A DNA stretch of 5,395 bases. It comes from Octopus sinensis (lineage: Eukaryota). Made by a program: the position numbers and the translations under genes. The stretch covers positions 1-5,395 of the forward strand of contig NW_021830071.1 of NCBI RefSeq assembly GCF_006345805.1. Direction: 5' to 3'. The first letter of the stretch is position 1, and the number at the start of each line of letters is the position of its first letter. The notes beneath the pieces are model-generated. The model did no database searches. It was not told where the DNA came from and saw only the letters and a program-made list of their open reading frames with translations. Of the stretch, positions 1-5,395 are shown one piece after another.

Positions 1-438
1 GTGTGTGTCACTGTGTCTATATATTTGTGTTGTGCGTGTGTGCCTCTGTGTGTGTGAAGATATATATATATCAATATATAATATATATATATATATATAT
101 AATATATATTAGTATGCCTGTAGATATATAAATATGGATACATGTAATGTGTGTTTTATATACATATATTCTATTCTATATATATATATAAATACATATA
201 ACATATATTTATGTATGTATGCATATATTTATATATATAATATGTATATATATATCTATTTAGTCATTTTCTGTATATGTATATATATGTGTGTGGGTGT
301 GTATGTTTGAGTGTATGTGTGTGTATGTGTGTGTGTTATATATAAACATCAGTACAAAAATATGTTTCGTCAAGATATATATGTGTGAGTATGTATGTGT
401 GACATATGTATTTTTATGTGTGTATATATGCATACATA
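1..438. repeat. Low-complexity (TG)n/(TA)n microsatellite mosaic
   Basis: Interrupted runs of gtgtgt, atatat and gtatgt throughout the segment. Confidence 0.9.
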
Positions 439-821
439 TACTACCGTCCGAAATGAATTAGCACCCTTGATTTTCTCTTCACTCAAGGTATGTGCTGTGC
501 ACCTAGTGGCCATATCTCGAACTATTGCTTTGTTGCAGATTCACTGTTGCGCAGAACGATGACGTAACTTTGTTTGGCAGACAGTTTTTGATAGTCTACA
601 GCCTTATGAATGTTGACATAGCAGTGGCAACAACTTGGATTGCGGATGCGACAAATCTTCCCTTTGTTTAATAGATATAGGTAGCGCGCCTCGCAAGGAC
701 CGAAATCACACCATACTAAGTTTTCTCATCGCGTAAGACGTTTTGAACAGCTCATAGGTTAATTGATTTAACCTATTTAATGTAGAAATTTGAGAAGTGC
801 TATTAATTTCTGACGCAAGTG
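439..821 (+). mobile_element. Tc1/mariner-like non-autonomous element (internally deleted/MITE, ~383 bp)
   Basis: Left end 439-465 TACTACCGTCCGAAATGAATTAGCACC aligns with the reverse complement of 796-821, CACTTGCGTCAGAAATTAATAGCACT (20 of 27 columns match, one gap). TA flanks both ends (437-438, 822-823), as expected for a Tc1/mariner target site, although both flanks are TA-rich anyway. A CACT-type TIR start is Tc1-like. A weak, frameshifted transposase N-terminus-like remnant follows ATG 559. Confidence 0.7.
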
Positions 822-1045
822 TATATATGTTATATATATATACATGTATGTATAAATACTTATGCTTATATCTAAGTAAATATATATTGTATATATATCT
901 ATATATATATATATCTATATATATATATATAATATATTTTATATCTCCGTGTTTGTGTAAATGTGTTTGTGTGCATGCCTCTCTCTCTCTCTCTGCGTTT
1001 TCATGTCTGCGTTTGTGTGTGTGCGTGTGTATATGTGTTTTCATA
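822..1045. repeat. (TA)n, (CT)n and (TG)n simple repeats
   Basis: Direct reading. These runs account for the low-complexity YI/HT/CV ORFs 706..1044 and 797..1057. Confidence 0.9.
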
Positions 1046-1579
1046 ATTTTGTGCTAAAATGTAATCCAAATACTTTTTGAAATATGATCGAGTTGATCAT
1101 GACTGCGGTTGCGCGTGAATGTGTATGAGGTTGCAGTTTTAGGGAATACGTAGATACAAACACACACGCACACGCATAAGGAAGAGTTACTTTGGTAGAT
1201 GTGTAGATGAAATTTCTAAGTGATATGGCATCCATTATTGTTTCAAATTTGCCAGTGCGTTCGCCATTGCATAACCCCCACTCAAGAATCAGGATAGCGT
1301 TATACGACCAAATTATACGACCAAATTAAGGCAGGATGGGTCGAAACGACTATTGAGCAAAGACAACGATTAATTGCAAATTCATATTCTGCTTACGTAA
1401 GAAATTATTATTATTTTTATCTCAACCAAAAGTGCAGATCTCCTAACAGAGATCCTTCTGTAATATACGCCGACTGCAGCTGATATCAGACAGCCCAAAC
1501 TGTGCCACTGCACTACTCAACACTTGAACACAATAATTGACATATAACCATTCGTCCCCAAAATTAAATATATCTGTAA

Positions 1580-1790
1580 ATATATATAACGTTAATTCAG
1601 GGTAGAAATTGATATTCATCAATTAGAACCAGTGGTCTAGCATATTAAAAAAATCCGAAGATTAAAATATTTATATATACCAATTAAGGACTGAACACGA
1701 AAAGTGGACAGTCAAATGCTAGATATAGATGTCAAATCGCCATCTCCACAAAAGGATTATGTCTCAGATCAACTCAGCAAAAAAACCAAA
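1580..1790. repeat. Direct repeat copy 1 (~210 nt)
   Basis: ...ttaattcagggtagaaattgatattcatcaattagaaccagtggtctagcatattaaaaaaatcc...accaaa, near-identical to 2082-2296. Confidence 0.95.
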
Positions 1791-1828
1791 GCAATAAAAA
1801 AGTGAAAATATACGAAATAAATATTTAC

Positions 1829-1892
1829 CCATGTACTAATTAGTTTCGACTGTTATTTTCCGCAAGGAAAAGTGCAGCCATCATCAGCATGG
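1829..1892 (-). ncRNA. Type I hammerhead ribozyme (minimal form, palindromic stem III)
   Basis: Minus strand reads CCAUG-CUGAUGA-U-GGCUG-CAC-UUUUCC-UUGC-GGAAAA-UAA-CAGUC-GAAA-CUAAUUAG-UA-CAUGG. Stem I is CCAUG/CAUGG. Both conserved core boxes (CUGAUGA, GAAA) are present. Stem II is GGCUG/CAGUC plus UUUUCC/GGAAAA. Stem III is the perfect palindrome ACUAAUUAGU. The cleavage triplet is GUA, with predicted cleavage between window positions 1834 and 1833. Confidence 0.88.
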
Positions 1893-2081
1893 TCCCATAT
1901 AAAATGCAATTTGCTGGACTAGCCGCAAACACGATACCGAAATATCGCGTGCGTGGAGTACAGCCTATTACATTTGAATATATATTTCAAATGCCTTTAC
2001 TTTTGGCGCGTTGAGACCCGAGAAAAACTAGCCTGCAGCTAATAATTAGCAGCAGTTAATTTATCGGTTAGAGAACATACA

Positions 2082-2296
2082 TATTTATATAACATTAATT
2101 TAGGGTAGAAATTGATATTCATCAATTAGAACCAGTGGTCTAGCATATTAAAAAAATCCCAAGATTAAAATATTTATATATACCAATTAACGACTGAACA
2201 CGAAGAGTGGACAGTCAACATGCTAGATATAGACGTCAAATCGCCATTTTCCACAAAAAGATTATGTTCTCAGATCAAACTCAGCACAAAACCAAA
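2082..2296. repeat. Direct repeat copy 2 (~215 nt)
   Basis: ...ttaatttagggtagaaattgatattcatcaattagaaccagtggtctagcatattaaaaaaatcc...accaaa. Homology to copy 1 stops at 2296, where a pyrimidine tract begins. Confidence 0.95.
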
Positions 2297-2297
2297 T

Positions 2298-2353
2298 GTT
2301 CCTTTTTCTCTCTCTTCCTTTCTCTCTCTCTGCCTTTCTTTCGTTTTTTTCTC
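2298..2353. repeat. CT-rich polypyrimidine low-complexity tract
   Basis: ttcctttttctctctcttcctttctctctctctgcctttctttcgttttttctc. Confidence 0.8.
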
Positions 2354-2708
2354 CAACTGATACTGATGCAACTTTACGTCCCCCTAACTCAGTATATGAG
2401 AATCGCTACATAGATGATTTTAACTTGCGTGCATATATGTACGCATGCATTTATGTGTATATTTTAGATTTATATTATACGTCTGTATATGTATGGCGTT
2501 TGCACGCATCCTTCTGTGTATGTTGATATATATATGTACACTTTAATATAAATATGTATTGCAGTGTAATATTTATAATAGGTTTTAATTTCTATACTTT
2601 AATTATGCTTTCTTCATTAACGTCAATATGTAACGTCAATATTCAATGTAAGGTTTTTTCCTCGAATTTTATAATTTTTATAAGTTTTTATATATATATA
2701 TACATATA

Positions 2709-2913
2709 TTTTTGACCGTTGTTTATCGCTCGAAGATTGACCGTTTTTCTAAAGGGCCAATCAAACAAGTCCATTTTTTTTAAAGTGTAGCGTTTGTAAG
2801 AGTCTAGATTGAATTGATATATCGGTTCCATTCTAGCAAAAACTGTCTGATGAACGGCAACGATAAAAACTCAGAGTAACAGATTTTGTTGAATTTCTGC
2901 TGCTTAAAATAAA
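2709..2913 (+). mobile_element. Probable Penelope-like terminal repeat (pLTR) fragment with decayed hammerhead
   Basis: A ~200-nt non-repetitive island between two (TA)n runs. It contains a hammerhead remnant (2843-2882) and AATAAA at 2908-2913. The PLE assignment and boundaries are inference. Confidence 0.4.
2843..2882 (+). ncRNA. Degenerate type I hammerhead ribozyme remnant
   Basis: CUGU-CUGAUGA-acggcaacgau-aaaa-ACUCAGAGU-A-ACAG. Stem I CUGU/ACAG, the CUGAUGA box, a near-palindromic stem III ACUC(A)GAGU and the GUA site sit in the correct order. The G of GAAA is missing and stem II cannot form properly, so it is probably inactive. Confidence 0.55.
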
Positions 2914-2982
2914 GTAATAATATATATAATATATATATATATATACATAGATATATATACATATGTATATATATATATATTC

Positions 2983-3055
<73 letters not shown>

Positions 3056-3100
3056 ATGCATGTTCATATCTATTCAATATTATATATAATATATATATAA
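2914..3100. repeat. (TA)n microsatellite
   Basis: Long, nearly pure TA run (pure over about 2995-3043). Confidence 0.95.
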
Positions 3101-3104
3101 TCAT

Positions 3105-3307
3105 TGGACGCACGCAGTTGTCGAGTGGTACCCGCGTGAGCGAAAAAGACCACCGGAAGACCTCCACGACGGTAGTGACGATTTCAAGAGGACGATTGGG
3201 ATCACGTGGATGAGAAAGACGCGATCCAGAGTGGAGTGAACAGCGTGCTGTGAACAGCGGTGTCAAATGGAAGCCTGACAGACTGGTCGGTCAAATTGAT
3301 CAAGTGA
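3105..3307 (+). mobile_element. RTE-clade LINE 3' fragment (ORF C-terminus pseudogene plus short 3' UTR)
   Basis: From 3105: WTHAVVEWYPRERKRP(P), then in a shifted frame GRPPRR (3155-3172), then back in frame SDDFKRTIGITWMRKTRSRVE*TACCEQRCQMEA* (stops 3237-3239, 3276-3278). This matches the RTE C-terminal motif W(T)xxxxEWxPxxxKRxxGRPxxRWxDD. Confidence 0.8.
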
Positions 3308-3646
3308 ATATAGATATATATATATATATCTATATATACATACATTAGAAAGTTGGAGAGTTGGAGATGATGTACAGGTATTTTATATTAGAAGAATGAG
3401 GTATCAGAAATTCGGATGGTTTATATTTACCAGATATTTATTTGTATATTACCTGTTTTATACATCATATAACTTATATCATATATCATATATTAGCGCT
3501 TGCGTCCATTCTGTAGCGAGTTTTTTTATATCTTTTAGACATTTCACTACCAGTGGCCTAGCATATAATAAATAATATAATATAAAATAATAATAATAAT
3601 AATAAATAATAATAATAATACATAATAATAATAATGAATTAGTATA

Positions 3647-3664
3647 TAGTGCTCAGGTGCACCA
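3647..3664 (-). other. 3'-terminal stem-loop of the CR1/L2-group LINE
   Basis: Minus strand UGGUGC-ACCUGA-GCACUA forms a 6-bp stem (one G-U) about 12 nt before the (ATT)n tail. This is the position where L2/CR1 3' recognition stem-loops are known to occur. Confidence 0.5.
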
Positions 3665-3755
3665 CAACTTGTCAGAAAGTGCATATAAAGTACATGCAGT
3701 AATGTAGAAATGTCTGGAAAGTGAACATGCTTGTGTGTGTATGGAGGGGAGAAAA

Positions 3756-4064
3756 TCAAGTGTTGTGTTGGCGAATCTCAGGAAGCATGGAAGTCTTGAA
3801 GGATGCAGTGCTCCGACAACTAACAACCGATGCCGGCAGTTTGTTCCACGCTTCAGCAACTCTCAGCGTGAAAAAATGGTTCGTGAAGTCATGGGAGCTG
3901 TGCTGTTTTCTTACTTTGTAAATATGTCCACGGGTGTTAGATGGGTGGAGTTTGAAGAGGTGCTCAGTGTTATTGTTTGTGCGATGGTTGATAATTTTAT
4001 GGGTGCCTGCCAGGTCAGCTGCCAGACGTCGGAGTTTCAATGTGTCCATGCCCAGGGAAGTAAG
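3756..4064 (-). pseudogene. C-terminal ~100 codons of LINE ORF2 (downstream of the reverse transcriptase domain)
   Basis: Corresponds to ORF-track ORF 3756..4049, extended in frame to 4064. The ATG at 4049 is an internal Met, not a real start. Confidence 0.8.
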
Positions 4065-4115
4065 TATAAAACATGTATAAAACAGTCAATAGACAACATA
4101 TTCTCAATATAAAAT

Positions 4116-4559
4116 AGTATATATTTAACACTCAAGCAGCTTTACAATCTAGAATAAACAATCGAAACGACCAAAACGACATTTAAGAGCAATTTTGAAG
4201 GGAATGAAAAATAAGAACGTTTACTTTGTTATTTTTTTTGCTATCAAACCTAGATTTCGAATATTATTTAGCAAATAAAAATAATTTGGCGAAATTTTCA
4301 TCAGTGACCGCGCCGTAACAATTAACATATAATTTAGAAACAGATATCACGTGTCTCATCATCATATTTTATTACTCTGCAAATTCCCCGCGTAATCGCA
4401 GTTTCAGTCGGCAGCAAATGAAGAAATGGTGAACTGACCTTCTGAAAATGATAAAACATGTCCCGTAAAATATATAGGGTAGCGAGTTTTTAGAAAATTC
4501 ACTACTTCTAGCGTGTAAAGCTGTTTGTTGAAGCAGGTTCTCTTGTGTTTAAATACACT
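4116..4559. mobile_element. MITE-like element with long imperfect terminal inverted repeats
   Basis: 4133-4154 caagcagctttacaatctagaa is the reverse complement of 4506-4527 ttctagcgtgtaaagctgtttg at 19/22. Outer segments 4116-4131 (agtatatatttaacac) and 4545-4559 (reverse complement agtgtatttaaacac) are also similar, with ~17 nt missing from the left arm. The interior is non-coding. Family not assigned. Confidence 0.55.
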
Positions 4560-4666
4560 TATATATATATATATCTATATCTATATATATTTATATATTT
4601 ATATAATTAGTTATATATATATATATATAATATATATATATATATTATATTTAATATACATATATC

Positions 4667-4697
<31 letters not shown>

Positions 4698-4767
4698 TAT
4701 AAATTATTTATATATATATATAATATACATATATATATAATATACCTATATATATATATAACTTATT

Positions 4768-4800
<33 letters not shown>
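4560..4800. repeat. (TA)n microsatellite
   Basis: Degenerate TA run of ~240 nt; source of ORF 4525..4740. Confidence 0.95.
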
Positions 4801-4856
4801 GTCAGGTGTTGGACAAAATAACACCTAGAATCACAGCATTGTACTTTTGAAATATC

Positions 4857-4863
4857 TATAAAA
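4857..4863 (+). promoter_or_regulatory. Possible TATA box of the Tc1 transposase promoter
   Basis: TATAAAA about 125 nt upstream of the former start codon, inside the element's 5' region. Such motifs are common by chance in AT-rich DNA. Confidence 0.25.
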
Positions 4864-4985
4864 CCGTCAAAAACTTGTTTATTTTCATGTTGTTTGATTT
4901 ATTATTAGTGTTGCTTAATATGCTTTGCTAAAATTGCTGTTTCTTTTCAGATATCTTCTGGAAAAGGTGATTAAAATTCACTAAA

Positions 4986-5395
4986 ATTACAGATGTATCA
5001 AACTTTCAAAGATGTGAAATTGTCGGTGCTCGTATGGCAGGCGCTACAGTAACGAAAACAGCCAAAATGTTTGGTGTTTGAAGAAGTACTGTCTCGAAGG
5101 TAATGACAGCCTTTAAGAAAGAGGGAAAAACCTCCTCGTCGAAGCAAAACTCCGCAAGAAAACCAAACCTTTCAGCTCCCAAAATTACTGCATTCTTCAT
5201 GACCACCTTGAGAACCTAGTTTCCACAAAAGCTGTACGCTGGGATCTGCAGAAAGCCGGATTTCACGGGAGGGCTGCAATCAGGAAACCACTACTTTCAA
5301 AGCCAAAAGATACAAAGCATTTAGAGTGGAGTAAAAACCTACAAAATTGGTCCCTATAGCAGTAGATGAATGTTATTTTCTCGGGCGAGTCATCC
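4986..5395 (+). pseudogene. Tc1 transposase pseudogene (N-terminal HTH domains to first catalytic motif)
   Basis: (ATT)ITDVSNFQRCEIVGARMAGATVTKTAKMFGV*RSTVSKVMTAFKKEGKTSSSKQNSARKPNLS-APKITA, then a frameshift near 5193, then LHDHLENLVSTKAVRWDLQKAGFHGRAAIRKPLLSKPKDTKHLEWSKNLQNWSL*Q*MNVIFSGESS. Shows the paired-like HTH, GRKP-like linker, RKPLLS, W..W and VIFSDES motifs. Stops are at 5079, 5357 and 5363. Confidence 0.92.

Larger units (their letters stand above)
1580..2296 (-). mobile_element. Hammerhead-containing partial tandem repeat (~503-nt unit plus ~215-nt extra copy); retrozyme-like / non-autonomous Penelope-like element
   Basis: Segment ~1580-1790 recurs at ~2082-2296 with an offset of 503-506 nt (about 9 substitutions and 5 single-base indels by hand alignment, roughly 93% identity). 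A complete hammerhead fold lies between the two copies on the minus strand. There is no coding capacity. The class assignment is inferred from the known association of minimal type I hammerheads with Penelope-like elements and retrozymes. Confidence 0.6.
3567..4064 (-). mobile_element. 5'-truncated CR1/L2-group LINE 3' end (ORF2 C-terminus, 3' UTR, (ATT)n tail)
   Basis: Minus-strand frame LTSLG-MDTLKLRRLAADL..THKIIN..LFKL..SNTRGH.YKVRK...HFFTLRVAEAWNKLPASVV...SFK (4064 to stop 3756) matches the CR1-type ORF2 terminus (RRLxxDL..KI..TRGH..FFxxRVxxxWNxLP). It is followed by a ~120-nt 3' UTR and an (ATT)n tail at 3567-3635. Confidence 0.88.
4803..5395 (+). mobile_element. Tc1-family DNA transposon, left part (inactive copy, continues beyond the window)
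   Basis: Starts with a Tc1-like TIR, CAGGTGTTGGACAAAATAACACCT, immediately after a TA run. A transposase remnant follows from 4986. The right TIR is not in the window, so the left boundary is inferred. Confidence 0.85.

Noticed and set aside
706-1057. ORFs 706..1044 (-) and 797..1057 (+)
   Set aside because: Translations are YI/HT/CV runs produced by dinucleotide microsatellites and have no protein-like content.
1041-1235. 64-aa ORF on the minus strand
   Set aside because: Short, includes a CVCV repeat and has no recognisable motif. An exon cannot be excluded, but nothing supports one.
1300-1328. 13-nt tandem duplication ttatacgaccaaa x2
   Set aside because: Only two copies with no spacer. 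Ordinary slippage or repair duplication, not CRISPR-like.
1280-1357. Possible third hammerhead around ctcaa...gtcgaaacgactattgag
   Set aside because: A CGAAAC and a 5-bp ctcaa/ttgag pairing exist, but there is no CUGANGA box or proper stem III on either strand.
1971-1993. Hairpin catttgaa-tatatat-ttcaaatg
   Set aside because: An AT-rich 8-bp stem. It may be part of the ribozyme unit's RNA structure but is not informative alone and is not a terminator in a eukaryotic context.
1580-2296. Interpretation of the 210-nt direct repeats as LTRs of an LTR element/TRIM, or as a CRISPR array
   Set aside because: No TG...CA termini, primer-binding site or polypurine tract were seen, and the repeats are far too long and too few for CRISPR. 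The internal hammerhead fits PLE/retrozyme better.
2207-2526. ORFs 2207..2413 and 2296..2526
   Set aside because: They run through repeat copy 2, a CT tract and TA/TG repeats. The equivalent frame is broken by indels in copy 1.
2618-2642. taacgtcaatat x2 with 13-nt period
   Set aside because: A simple local duplication with no element between the copies.
2904-3266. 120-aa minus-strand ORF
   Set aside because: Antisense of the RTE remnant running into the TA microsatellite.
3547-4112. ORFs 3547..3759, 3653..3859, 3721..3921 and 3735..4112
   Set aside because: Alternative-frame or antisense readings of the CR1/L2 fragment and its tail. Only 3756..4049 has family motifs.
4345-4420. tcatcatcat ... 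gtttcagtc as a possible minus-strand hammerhead
   Set aside because: The motifs are in the wrong order, there is no CUGANGA, and no stems form.
4525-5206. ORFs 4525..4740 (+) and 5006..5206 (-)
   Set aside because: The first is TA microsatellite and the second is antisense to the Tc1 transposase pseudogene.

Overview
This is AT-rich eukaryotic non-coding DNA with no recognisable host gene. It is a patchwork of transposon remnants separated by (TA)n/(TG)n microsatellites, a composition reminiscent of invertebrate genomes such as Octopus (inference only). Recognisable pieces are: a Tc1-like internally deleted element/MITE (439-821); a ~503-nt partial tandem unit carrying a structurally intact type I hammerhead ribozyme on the minus strand (core 1829-1892); a second, decayed hammerhead on the plus strand (2843-2882); an RTE LINE 3' fragment (3105-3307); a CR1/L2-group LINE 3' end with stem-loop and (ATT)n tail (3567-4064, minus); a second MITE-like element (4116-4559); and the left part of a dead Tc1 transposon (4803 to window end). 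The most interesting signal is the hammerhead-containing ~0.5-kb repeat unit, which looks like a retrozyme or non-autonomous Penelope-like element that might give self-cleaving or circular RNA. Most ORFs in the supplied track are microsatellite or antisense artefacts.
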